DNA of 64,000 bases from Actinomycetota bacterium. GTDB taxonomy: Bacteria > Actinomycetota > Acidimicrobiia > Acidimicrobiales > Ilumatobacteraceae. Positions within the stretch are counted from its first letter, which is position 1. Each line of letters begins with the position of its first letter. The notes beneath the pieces are model-generated. The model saw only the letters and a list, made by a program, of their open reading frames with translations, searched no databases and was not told where the DNA came from. The stretch is taken from positions 67,591 through 131,590 of the forward strand of contig WLIV01000003.1 of NCBI GenBank assembly GCA_009702045.1, given 5' to 3'. The position numbers and the translations under genes were made by a program. Shown piece after piece: positions 18,904 to 27,225 of the stretch.

Positions 18904-19383
18904 TCAGGTGGCTGGTCTGATCGGCCGACGACGCAGCATCAGCAGCGCGACCGCGGCGACCGCGATGGAGATGACTCCACCGATGGCATCCCGGCCGGTC
19001 TGGGAGACGGCCTTCAACACGAACAGGTACACGAGCGACGCGAGCAACAACAGCATCCATGTGCTGCGCCGTTTGCCGGTCAGCGATGCGTGGCCGATGA
19101 ACAGCACGTTCCACAACACGTGGCCGGAGAACGGCCAGTTCAACCCCAGCGCCACAGCACTCAGCACGGCGCTCGCACCGAAGGTGAGTCGCCAGCGCAG
19201 GGGCAACTGCACTCGGAACTGCAGCAGATAGGCGCCGCCCAGGCCGAACAACGGGAAGATGTACCAGTACAACCCCGTGCGCGGTGAGGCCGCGAAGGCA
19301 AACAACACGGCAGCAAGAACAGTGAATGCGATGAGCGACCGCCAGTGCGGGGTGCTGTCGGTCGGCGGACTCATCGCCGACAC
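18904..19383 (-). CDS. Hypothetical integral membrane protein
   Basis: 159 aa with 4-5 hydrophobic segments. Codon usage is consistent with coding. No motif recognised. Confidence 0.5.
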   Translation of the reverse strand: MSAMSPPTDSTPHWRSLIAFTVLAAVLFAFAASPRTGLYWYIFPLFGLGGAYLLQFRVQLPLRWRLTFGASAVLSAVALGLNWPFSGHVLWNVLFIGHASLTGKRRSTWMLLLLASLVYLFVLKAVSQTGRDAIGGVISIAVAAVALLMLRRRPIRPAT

Positions 19384-19464
19384 CGTACGGCGACGTCGCC
19401 TGCTCGGCGCTGCGCCAGACCCGAAAAACCGAACGACCCCCTGCCGTTGCGGGCGGGGGCCGTG

Positions 19465-19540
19465 TGGTGGTCGAGACCGGCGTCGATCCGGTGACCCTAC
19501 GCTTTTCAGGCGTATGCTCTGCCGACTGAGCTACTCGACC
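19465..19540 (-). tRNA. tRNA-Phe (GAA), CCA encoded
   Basis: Reverse complement GGTCGAGTAGCTCAGTCGG...CTGAAAA...GGATCGA...CTCGACCACCA folds as a cloverleaf with anticodon GAA. Confidence 0.9.
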
Positions 19541-19614
19541 GGGGGTGCCGGCCATTCGCATGGCCTGCTGTTGGTTACCACTTGCGTAGCTTCCGTTCGG
19601 GTGGGTAACCCGAG

Positions 19615-19687
19615 CGGTCCCGACGGGGTTCGAACCCGCGACCTCCGGCTTGACAGGCCGGCGTGAACTCCACTTCACCACGGGACC
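19615..19687 (-). tRNA. tRNA-Asp (GTC)
   Basis: Reverse complement GGTCCCGTGGTGAAGTGG...CTGTCAA...GGTTCGAACCCC...CGGGACCG, anticodon GTC. Confidence 0.9.
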
Positions 19688-19714
19688 AGATGAAATCTGA
19701 TCTGCATTGCTGTC

Positions 19715-19807
19715 GGTCGAATCACTCGACCTGCTTCACTTTTCGGCCGATTTCTCGACTGAGTTCTTGGTCGATTTCTCGACCCTTCATCTGGCCGATT
19801 TCTCGAC
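19715..19807. repeat. Periodic 15-16-nt motif GGYCGA(A)TYTCTCGAC, four copies (three at an exact 24-nt period) in the tRNA-Glu/tRNA-Asp spacer
   Basis: Copies at 19715-19730 (degenerate), 19745-19759, 19769-19783 and 19793-19807. Confidence 0.8.
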
Positions 19808-19811
19808 CTTG

Positions 19812-19884
19812 CACCCCCAACGGGATTCGAACCCGTGCCGCCACCTTGAAAGGGTGGTGTCCTAGGCCACTAGACGATGGGGGC
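19812..19884 (-). tRNA. tRNA-Glu (TTC)
   Basis: Reverse complement GCCCCCATCGTCTAGTGG...CTTTCAA...GGTTCGAATCCCGT..., anticodon TTC. Confidence 0.85.
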
Positions 19885-20003
19885 TAGGTGTCCTCCGGTT
19901 GAGAGCGTGGAAACGATATCAGCGACCCCCCGGTTTCGCGCCAGTCGATACGCGATCTTCGCAGGCCCGAGGGCCTACGGCCAGTACCGTGCCGGTCGTG
20001 CGT

Positions 20004-20423
20004 ATGAACCTGGAGCCCTCGCTCGACCCCACCTCGTATCGGTATTCGCACACCATTCGGGTGAGGTTCTCCGAGACCGACGCAATGGGCATCGTGCACC
20101 ACAGTCGCTACCTGCCGTATCTGGAAGAGGCTCGTGTCGAATACCTGCGCGAGATCGACCACCCGTACACCAGTCTGCGCGACGAGGGGTTCGACATCGC
20201 GGTGCTCGAGGTGGCGGTGCGCTATCGGCAACCGTTGCGCTTCGACGAGCAGGTCACGGTGCATGTGGCCTTCGGTGGAGCCACCCGAACCACGTTCCAG
20301 ATGGGTTACCTGCTGACAGTGAACGGCGAGGTTCGGGCCACGGCTGTGACGGTGCATGGCTGCGTCACGGCGGCGGGGCGACCCGTCCGACTGCCCAACT
20401 GGTTGGCGGAACTGGGCCGCTGA
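20004..20423 (+). CDS. Acyl-CoA thioesterase, hotdog fold (YbgC/4HBT-type)
   Basis: HTIRVRFSETDAMGIVHHSRYLPYLEEAR signature. Start taken at the internal Met (MNLEPS). Confidence 0.8.
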   Translation: MNLEPSLDPTSYRYSHTIRVRFSETDAMGIVHHSRYLPYLEEARVEYLREIDHPYTSLRDEGFDIAVLEVAVRYRQPLRFDEQVTVHVAFGGATRTTFQMGYLLTVNGEVRATAVTVHGCVTAAGRPVRLPNWLAELGR

Positions 20424-20512
20424 TGTTGTTCGCGTCGCATCGCAATGGTCGCGGAACGTCAACACTTCGACTCGCGATCGCAACGCGTCCCTGATGCGCG
20501 ATCAATACTGTC

Positions 20513-21337
20513 TTGACCCATGAACTCCCGGGTGGCCGCGTGATTGGTCTCTGCACCGATTCGAACGCGCTCTTGCCGCCCGACCTCATCGCTGCGTTCG
20601 GAGTGGAGGTCGTCCCGCTCACCGTCACGATGGACGATGTCGACCACTTGGAAGGTGTCGACTTGGACGTCGACTCGTTCTACGCGGCCTATGGCGCTGA
20701 GCGGTGGCCGCAAGTGCATGTTGCCGCCCCCAGCGCCGGTCAGTTCGCTGCCGCCTACGACGACTTGCTGGCGCGCGGGTGCACCGAGATCCTGTCGATC
20801 CATGTGTGCTCGAAGACGTCAGCCACGATCAACGCTGCCCGCCTGGCAGCACGCGGTCTGCCGGTGCCTGTCCGTGTGGTCGACTCCGGGACGGCAGGCT
20901 TCGGCGTCGGCTGTTGTGTGTGGCAGGCGGCGTCGGCCATTGCCGCTGGCGCCACGTTGGAGCAAGCGGCCGCCGTCGCTGAGGCACTCACCCCCACCAT
21001 CGGGAACGTGTTCGTGATCGATGCCCCCGGCCGCGACGAGGACGCAGGTCTCGACGTCTGCTCGTGGCGTCCCGGTGCGGTCGACACCGTCGGCCACGTG
21101 GACGGTCTGCTCCGCGCTGTGAACTGGATGGCGTCGTGGACCCTTGGCCGCGGTGCCGATCTGCGCGTGGGTGTGGGCCACAGCAGCGCCGATTCTGCAG
21201 GTCTCGCTGTCGCCCTGGAAGCCGCGTTGTCCGGGGCGGCCAACGTCGTGGAGGTGGTGCGGTTCCGCATCACCCCCAGCGTTGGAGCCTTCAGCGGTCC
21301 GGGAGCAGCTGGGCTGTTCGCGTTTCCTACTCGCTGA
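20513..21337 (+). CDS. DegV-family fatty-acid-binding protein
   Basis: IGLCTDSNALLPPDL...VVPLTV N-terminus and overall length typical of DegV. Confidence 0.75.
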   Translation: MTHELPGGRVIGLCTDSNALLPPDLIAAFGVEVVPLTVTMDDVDHLEGVDLDVDSFYAAYGAERWPQVHVAAPSAGQFAAAYDDLLARGCTEILSIHVCSKTSATINAARLAARGLPVPVRVVDSGTAGFGVGCCVWQAASAIAAGATLEQAAAVAEALTPTIGNVFVIDAPGRDEDAGLDVCSWRPGAVDTVGHVDGLLRAVNWMASWTLGRGADLRVGVGHSSADSAGLAVALEAALSGAANVVEVVRFRITPSVGAFSGPGAAGLFAFPTR

Positions 21338-21821
21338 GCGCCTGGATCGAGACCTCCAGCAGGTACGACAGGAAGTGGTAGAGGTGGTGCTCACCCACCA
21401 TCGGGTGGTCATCGTCGATCTCGTTCGGGTCTTCCATCTCGCCCACGTCGAGCAATGTGCCCAGCACCAGACGCACACCATTGAGCGCCTGCAGGAATGC
21501 CTGCATCGCCTCGTCGTTCATCACCTCGCCGTTGGCCAGCAGGGATTCCACCTGGTTCACGGCACTGAGTCGTGATGCCACCAGGTCGTCGCGCATCAGC
21601 CGTTGGTACTCGGTCTCGGCCTCAGCATCGTCGGCCAGGTGGTAGGCGGGCGGGAACAGCCGACGCATGATCGCGTCGTGCCGCGGATCCTGGTCGACGA
21701 TGAGTGCCCGCAGCTCGCCCAGCAAGCGCACGAGCAGTTCGATCTCTTCGCGGTCGAGGTTGACCACGAAACCCTTGGGTGTGCGTTCGATGACCGGCCG
21801 TGAGGCCTTGCGGCGCGCCAT
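21327..21821 (-). CDS. Conserved actinobacterial hypothetical protein (DUF2017-like)
   Basis: 164 aa, acidic. The layout (FVVNLDREEIELL...RLFPPAY...LNGVRLVLG...HLYHFLSYL) resembles DUF2017 as I remember it. Confidence 0.55.
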   Translation of the reverse strand: MARRKASRPVIERTPKGFVVNLDREEIELLVRLLGELRALIVDQDPRHDAIMRRLFPPAYHLADDAEAETEYQRLMRDDLVASRLSAVNQVESLLANGEVMNDEAMQAFLQALNGVRLVLGTLLDVGEMEDPNEIDDDHPMVGEHHLYHFLSYLLEVSIQALSE

Positions 21822-21822
21822 G

Positions 21823-22446
21823 TCAGTCGCGACCCACGGTACCGGCCTCGGTGGCGGCGTCCAGGCGGGCCAGTGCAGCGGCCCACACCTCGGGTAGCGC
21901 CGGTTCCACGTGCGGGCCGTTGCGGGCGATCACCCGGTTGCGGGTGATGCCGTGCTCGCGCCACGTGCTGCCACCCTCGGCCAGGTTCAGCAGCATCGGC
22001 GCCACACGGTCGACGGCCATCACATAGCGGGCTTCGGGCGTGTCACCCAGTTCGTACTCGTCCCACAACTCGCGGAAACGAGCGCCCATCGCCGCGGGCA
22101 ACAGACCGAACAGGCGGTCAGCGGCGGCCACTTCGCGCTCGCGTTTGTCGTCGTGGGCACCACCCTGGTCATAGGCGAAGGTGTCGCCGGCGTCGATCTC
22201 GACGATGTCGTGCACCAGCGCCATGCACACCGCGGTGCCGAGGTCGAACTGCTCGGTGGCGTACGGGGCCATGATCATCGCCGCAATACCGAGGTGCCAC
22301 GAGTGTTCGGCGGTGTTCTCGCGCCGAGACCCATCGGCCAGCCAGTTGCGGCGCTCGACACCCTTCAGACGGTCGGCCTCCATGAAGAAGGCCAGCGTCG
22401 CGGCCACATCGTTGGCGGCGGTTTGCGGACCGGGAACATCACTCAT
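21823..22446 (-). CDS. HD-domain phosphohydrolase (YfbR-like 5'-nucleotidase family)
   Basis: ENTAEHSWHL ... LVHDIVEIDAGD (H...HD...D metal site). Confidence 0.8.
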   Translation of the reverse strand: MSDVPGPQTAANDVAATLAFFMEADRLKGVERRNWLADGSRRENTAEHSWHLGIAAMIMAPYATEQFDLGTAVCMALVHDIVEIDAGDTFAYDQGGAHDDKREREVAAADRLFGLLPAAMGARFRELWDEYELGDTPEARYVMAVDRVAPMLLNLAEGGSTWREHGITRNRVIARNGPHVEPALPEVWAAALARLDAATEAGTVGRD

Positions 22447-22502
22447 GACGGCGAACGTACTCGCTTCGTTGAAGTTACCGACGGGTAGGTATTCTTGCGA
22501 GC

Positions 22503-23354
22503 ATGACGGACATCCAGCGTGTGGGCATTCTCGGGTCGGGCATCATGGGTTCGGGGTTGGCCGAAGTGGCCGCCCGCGCCGGGTACGACGTGGTCGTGAG
22601 GTCGCGGTCGTTGTCGGCGGCCAATGCGATGGTGGCCGCCATCGACAAGGGTTTCGCGAAGGCGATCGAGCGCGGCAAGTCCACCGAGGATGAGCGCGCT
22701 GCCGTCTTGGCGCGCATCACCGCCACCGATCACCTCGGCGCGCTGGCCGACTGCGACCTGGTCATCGAGTCGGTTGTGGAAGATCTGGCGATCAAGAAGG
22801 CGCTGTTCATCGAACTCGAGCAGATCGTGAAGCCGGGCGGCATCCTCGCCACGAACACCAGCACCTTGCCGGTGGTGGAGATGGCGATGGTCACACAGCG
22901 CCCCGACCGTGTGTGCGGTATCCACTTCTTCAACCCAGCCCCGATGATGAAGTTGGTGGAAGTGGTGCGCCCGATCACCGCCTCCGACGACACGATCGCC
23001 GCGGCGTTGGCGTTCGCCGCTCGCTGTGGCAAGGACGGCGTCGAAGTGAAGGACCGCGCCGGCTTCATCGTCAACGCGCTCCTGTTCCCGTACCTCAACA
23101 ACGCAGTGCGCATGCTGGAGCAGGGCACGGCGGCGATGGAGAGCATCGACACTGCGATGAAGGGTGGCTGCAACTTCCCGATGGGTCCGTTCGCGCTGCT
23201 CGATCTCGTTGGCCTCGACACTTCGCTGGCCATCCTCGATGCGCTCTACAACGAGTTCCGCGATCCGAACTACGCAGCCATGCCCACACTTCGCCGGATG
23301 GTCGCTGCCGGCCACCTCGGCCGCAAGTCCAAGCGCGGCTTCTACACCTACTGA
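22503..23354 (+). CDS. hbd: 3-hydroxybutyryl-CoA dehydrogenase
   Basis: Rossmann GILGSGIMGSGLA, NTSTLPV, HFFNPAPMMKLVE and GFIVNALLFPYLN motifs. Confidence 0.9.
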   Translation: MTDIQRVGILGSGIMGSGLAEVAARAGYDVVVRSRSLSAANAMVAAIDKGFAKAIERGKSTEDERAAVLARITATDHLGALADCDLVIESVVEDLAIKKALFIELEQIVKPGGILATNTSTLPVVEMAMVTQRPDRVCGIHFFNPAPMMKLVEVVRPITASDDTIAAALAFAARCGKDGVEVKDRAGFIVNALLFPYLNNAVRMLEQGTAAMESIDTAMKGGCNFPMGPFALLDLVGLDTSLAILDALYNEFRDPNYAAMPTLRRMVAAGHLGRKSKRGFYTY

Positions 23355-23367
23355 CCCCCGGCCGGTC

Positions 23368-23467
23368 GGGCGCGATTCGTGCCGCAGTGGGCGCGCTTCG
23401 CGCCGCTCCTGACATGGTTGCGCGCACGTGGGGGCTGGGCCGGTCAGATCCGGCACGAATCGCGCCC
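23368..23467. repeat. Inverted-repeat element: perfect 17-bp arms GGGCGCGATTCGTGCCG / CGGCACGAATCGCGCCC separated by 66 nt
   Basis: Arms at 23368-23384 and 23451-23467. The same arm sequences recur at 56158-56293. Confidence 0.8.
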
Positions 23468-23523
23468 AACGGATTTCGGGGTTGGGCGGGACACCCCGAG
23501 GGGTTAGCCTTTGACTTCCACTC

Positions 23524-23609
23524 GGGCGAGTGGCGAAATGGCAGACGCGCTGGCTTCAGGTGCCAGTATTCGAAAGGATGTGGGGGTTCAAGTCCCCCCT
23601 CGCCCACCA
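23524..23609 (+). tRNA. tRNA-Leu (CAG), long variable arm, CCA encoded
   Basis: GGGCGAGTGGCGAAATGG...CTGGC TTCAGGT GCCAG...GGGGGTTCAAGTCCCCC CTCGCCC A CCA. Confidence 0.9.
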
Positions 23610-23612
23610 CGA

Positions 23613-23638
23613 GGCCCCAGCTCACGCTGGGGCCTTTT
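23613..23638 (+). terminator. Rho-independent terminator after tRNA-Leu
   Basis: GGCCCCAGC tcac GCTGGGGCC followed by TTTT. Confidence 0.7.
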
Positions 23639-23680
23639 GCGTGTCGAGGGTCAGGCGCCGTCGTGACGCCGAGAACTCGA

Positions 23681-24487
23681 TCACTTGGCCAGCGAGCCGC
23701 CGTAGATCTGCCAGGCGAGCAGCGACTTCGCCGCGAGACTGAGCACGAGGTAGGTCTTCTCGCCGTAGGCGTAGTCGCGCCAGCGGCCGATCCCTCGGTA
23801 TTGCAGCCACTGGTTCAGCCCGAAGCTGAAGAAGAAGACCAGCTCGGCAATCACGATGCCGTACACAAAGCCGGGCACCTGAGGTGCGCCGATCACGTTG
23901 ACCCAGATCGCCACCCACGGCGCAACACCGGCGACCGTGCCGAACCAGAAGGGCATCATCGTCGTCGATGTGCGCCCGGGTGGGTTCATGCGCTCTTGCA
24001 GCCAGCCGAACAGGATCATGGCGACGTTCGCTCCGGCGATGGCGAGCACGGTGGTGATGTCGGTGATGCCGCTGTAGAACGCGATCAACACCACCATCAG
24101 CGTCGCGCTCAGCGAGTACTCCACCCATCGGAACCGGTTGATGCCCCGGCCCAGGTCACGCTCGTAGGTGCGGCGGGCGAAGGTGGCGGTGGCGAAGTGG
24201 TCGAACGCGGCCAGGAACAGGAACACCGCGATGGCCGGACCGATGGCGACGTCGAACAACCCCTCCGGTGTGGTCAACCTCGTCCCGGGAGGTCCTTGCG
24301 GGAACGTGGACGTCACGGTGATCGCGAAGTTGCCCGCCATCACGAGGATCAGCACGGCCTGCGCGGCGTGCAGCACGCTGAGGCCGAGGTTCCACACGCG
24401 TAGACCCGCGAGGCGCTCCGGTGTGACTCCGGAGGCCAGGGTCGACCCGCTCTGGGTGTTCTGGTCCTGTACCGACGGTTCGGTCAT
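23681..24487 (-). CDS. Heliorhodopsin (7-TM retinal protein, HeR family)
   Basis: Full-length similarity, from memory, to prototype HeR 48C12: NRFRWVEYSLSATLMVVLIA, AMILFGWLQE, PFWFGTVAGVAPW, VPGFVYGIVI and YLVLSLAAKSLLAWQIYGGSL (Schiff-base Lys in SLAAKS; Glu in RWVEYS). Confidence 0.92.
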   Translation of the reverse strand: MTEPSVQDQNTQSGSTLASGVTPERLAGLRVWNLGLSVLHAAQAVLILVMAGNFAITVTSTFPQGPPGTRLTTPEGLFDVAIGPAIAVFLFLAAFDHFATATFARRTYERDLGRGINRFRWVEYSLSATLMVVLIAFYSGITDITTVLAIAGANVAMILFGWLQERMNPPGRTSTTMMPFWFGTVAGVAPWVAIWVNVIGAPQVPGFVYGIVIAELVFFFSFGLNQWLQYRGIGRWRDYAYGEKTYLVLSLAAKSLLAWQIYGGSLAK

Positions 24488-26082
24488 GCGTAGCTCCCTT
24501 GTTCGCGGGCCGGGGCGGATGGTTGCAGATCAGTGGGTCGTTCGAACATGTCGCGGTCCGGCGTGTGGACGAACGAGTGCAGCCGCTCGCCATCAGCACA
24601 GATGCCGGCGAGGAGCCCGGGGAAGATCCATCGGTGGAACGGCGCGACCGCAACCCAATAGAGGCGGCCGAGCAGACCACGCGGGTGGAATCGTGCTGTC
24701 TGGGTGATGGTTGCGCCGGTGTCGTCGGCTTCCATCTGCCACTGCAGCCAAGCATCTCCCGGAAGGCGCATCTCGGCGCGCAGCCGAAGCAGGCTGCCCG
24801 GGACGAGCGCCTCCACGCGCCAGAAGTCGAGCGGATCCCCGACGGACAACCGACGCGAATGAATGCGGCCACGACGCATTCCAACTCCACCGATCAACGA
24901 GTCGAAGATCCCGCGCAGGCTCCACAGCCAGTCGCCCGTGTACCAACCGTGGCGACCACCGATCGAGCTGACCACCTGGAACAGCTCGGCCGGTGATGCC
25001 GCCACGTGCCGCTCACGTCGATCGAGGTTGACCGTGCCGCCGGACCAGGCCGGGTCGGTGGGCTGTGGCTCGGCCGGTGGGCGCCCACCCAGTTCAGCAT
25101 GCGCCCAGCTCGTCGGTACGTCGCCGCTGATCGACCGGCCCAACGCCAGTTTCACCGCCTCGCGATAGCCGAGCTGCTCGATGGGCATCGCGTCGGCTGC
25201 GGCAGCGCCGGTCACGATCACATCGTTGACGAGGCTCTGGATGAGCGGGCGGGCGAGCATCGGCGGGATCGGTGTGACAAGGCCGATCCATCGCGACGAC
25301 AGCCCGGGCGTGAGGAACGGCACCGGCACGACGAGTCGGCGTCGTAGGCCGGCCACCTCCGCGTACTGGGCCATCATCTGCCGATATGTGAGTACCTCCG
25401 GCCCGCCAACGTCTAGGACCTGGCCGGTGACCTCGGCGGTCAAAGACTCGACGAGGAAGTGCAACACGTCGCGAACCGCAACCGGCTGGCACTTCGTGTC
25501 GACCCAACGCGGTGTCACCATCGCCGGGAGGACCTCGACGAGATAGCGCAACATCTCGAAGCTCGCCGACCCCGAGCCGATGACGACGGCGGCCCGCAAT
25601 TCGACCACCGGCACCGAGCCCTTGGCGAGCTCCGCGCCCACCTCCTGGCGACTGGCCAGATGTTCGCTGAGGTTCCCCGACGAATGGTCGCCGAGCCCGC
25701 CCAGGTAGACGATGCGTTGCAGTGCCGCACTCTCGGCAGCGCGCCGGAAGTTCTCGGCGACGGCACGGTCGTGCTCGGCCCACTCGGCCGACGAGCCGAT
25801 CGAGTGCACCAGGTAGAACGCAGCGTCCACCCCGGTCATCGCCTCGCTGAGGTCACCCCCGACGTCACCCTGCACGATCTCGACGGATGTGCGCCATGGC
25901 GCGGACAGCACCTTCGCCGGTGTGCGCACCAGGCACCGCACCCGGTACCCGCGCTCGAGCAGCACTGTCACCAACCGGCCACCGACGTAGCCGCTGGCCC
26001 CCGTCACCAGCACCAGCGCTCCCGGCAGCACACCCGGCGACTCGGCCTTGTTCGCCTTCGTCATGATGTCATCGCTGGACAC
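24484..26082 (-). CDS. NAD(P)-binding Rossmann (atypical SDR/NmrA-like) domain fused to a DUF2867-like C-terminal domain
   Basis: VLVTGASGYVGGRLV Rossmann motif at the N-terminus. The C-terminal half has WYTGDWLWSLRGIFDSLIGGVGMRRGR, typical of DUF2867 as I recall it. Its stop overlaps the heliorhodopsin start (ATGA). Confidence 0.75.
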   Translation of the reverse strand: MSSDDIMTKANKAESPGVLPGALVLVTGASGYVGGRLVTVLLERGYRVRCLVRTPAKVLSAPWRTSVEIVQGDVGGDLSEAMTGVDAAFYLVHSIGSSAEWAEHDRAVAENFRRAAESAALQRIVYLGGLGDHSSGNLSEHLASRQEVGAELAKGSVPVVELRAAVVIGSGSASFEMLRYLVEVLPAMVTPRWVDTKCQPVAVRDVLHFLVESLTAEVTGQVLDVGGPEVLTYRQMMAQYAEVAGLRRRLVVPVPFLTPGLSSRWIGLVTPIPPMLARPLIQSLVNDVIVTGAAAADAMPIEQLGYREAVKLALGRSISGDVPTSWAHAELGGRPPAEPQPTDPAWSGGTVNLDRRERHVAASPAELFQVVSSIGGRHGWYTGDWLWSLRGIFDSLIGGVGMRRGRIHSRRLSVGDPLDFWRVEALVPGSLLRLRAEMRLPGDAWLQWQMEADDTGATITQTARFHPRGLLGRLYWVAVAPFHRWIFPGLLAGICADGERLHSFVHTPDRDMFERPTDLQPSAPAREQGSYA

Positions 26083-26152
26083 GTCAAAATTCGCACGGTT
26101 AGAGCCAACTGTCAGCGCAACTGGCGTATTCCCCGGATGAAGTCGGCGCTGG

Positions 26153-27121
26153 TCAGGCCTTCGGGTGCGCCAGCAAGAACTCGACCATGGCCACGATCAT
26201 CGGGTGGCTTCCGTCGGGGAAGTTCACCGACGGAATGTGCGGGCCACCCGTCACGGTGAGCAACTGCACGTCGACGCCGGCCGGGCAACCCGCATACGCG
26301 GTCAACTGTGATTCGGAACCGTCGACAGTGGGCTCCAGGTCGAGCGCCGACCCTGATGCGGCGATGGCACCGGCGCAGCCGTCGTACGTCGCCCACGTAG
26401 CGACACTCTGCTCAGCACCGGGGTAGCTGACGCCGATACCTTCGGTGGCGCCACCGGCGTACGCGATTGTTCCGTCGGCGGTGCCGTGCACTTGCAACAC
26501 GCTGACCGGCTCCGACGGGTTGCACTTGGCTGCGTCGAGGAACGTGGCGCCAGCCAGGCTGGCGATCGCGGCGACCCGGCCACTCAACTCGCAGGCCATG
26601 CGGTACGACATGAAACCGCCGTTCGAGTGACCCATGAAGTAGATGCGCTTGGGGTCGACGTCGTACTGCGCGCTGACCGAATCGAGGATGCCCGTGAGAT
26701 AGGCGACATCGTCGACCGTGGTCTGGTACCCGCAGCACGCATCGGTGGCATTCCAGAATGCCTTCCCGAGCGAGTTCGTGGTGCCGGTGGGATGCACGTA
26801 GAGAAAGCCTTCGCTCTCCGCCAACGCTTGCACGCCGAAGTACGCCTCTTGAATCGGGCCAGTGGCGCCGTAGCCGTGCAGCAGCACCACGAGCGGCATT
26901 GCCGTGCCCTTGGTGTACGAGGAGGGTACGAACACGTCGAACGGGCGTGTCGGGTCGGGCACCACCGGGCTGGTGTCCACCACCGGAGTGGTGTCGGGGG
27001 CGACGGTGTCGGGGGCGACGATTGTCGTGGTGGGTGCCGTGGCGGCGGTGTCAGCACCTGAGGAGGTGCTGCAGCCGGCAGCGAAGGTGAAAGCGACCGC
27101 GAGGAGAAGAGCCTTGTGCAT
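26153..27121 (-). CDS. Secreted esterase, PHB-depolymerase (LpqC-like) family lipoprotein
   Basis: Lipobox AAGC-S, LLHGYG and the nucleophile elbow GHSNGG. Family-typical FWNATDACCG. Confidence 0.8.
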   Translation of the reverse strand: MHKALLLAVAFTFAAGCSTSSGADTAATAPTTTIVAPDTVAPDTTPVVDTSPVVPDPTRPFDVFVPSSYTKGTAMPLVVLLHGYGATGPIQEAYFGVQALAESEGFLYVHPTGTTNSLGKAFWNATDACCGYQTTVDDVAYLTGILDSVSAQYDVDPKRIYFMGHSNGGFMSYRMACELSGRVAAIASLAGATFLDAAKCNPSEPVSVLQVHGTADGTIAYAGGATEGIGVSYPGAEQSVATWATYDGCAGAIAASGSALDLEPTVDGSESQLTAYAGCPAGVDVQLLTVTGGPHIPSVNFPDGSHPMIVAMVEFLLAHPKA

Positions 27122-27225
27122 CAGGGCAAGGTAGCGGCATCTGACCCAGGTTGTGGTGCTGGCAGCCCGCAGGCAGAGCGTGGAGACCAGGACCGGACTG
27201 GTGGGCGCCGGTGCCGGGCGCCTAG

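Noticed and set aside
19541-19614. tRNA-sized (74 nt) spacer between tRNA-Asp and tRNA-Phe that might be a fourth tRNA or a tRNA pseudogene
   Set aside because: It forms two simple hairpins (GGCCAT/ATGGCC and GGTTACC.../...GGTAACC). It has no acceptor stem, T-loop GTTCRA or D-loop consensus.
19715-19807. Possible mini-CRISPR array (regularly spaced direct repeats); also considered for 53431-53582
   Set aside because: There are only 2-4 copies. The repeats (15 nt) and spacers (9 nt) are far too short in the first case. The second is a pair of palindromic elements. There are no cas genes in the window.
19465-23609. Integrated mobile element or genomic island at the tRNA genes
   Set aside because: No integrase, excisionase, transposase or phage genes were found, and no direct repeat of a tRNA 3' end. 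The flanking genes are ordinary metabolic genes with the same composition as the rest of the window.
23681-26082. Retinal/carotenoid biosynthesis genes accompanying the heliorhodopsin
   Set aside because: None of the ORFs in the window shows CrtE/B/I/Y or Blh signatures. The chromophore supply must be encoded elsewhere or be exogenous.
27122-27225. GC-rich hairpin GGGCGCCGG-TGCCGGGCGCC between the esterase and the acyl-CoA dehydrogenase as a terminator
   Set aside because: The stem is imperfect and there is no T-tract in the orientation of the upstream gene. Support is too weak to list as a feature.
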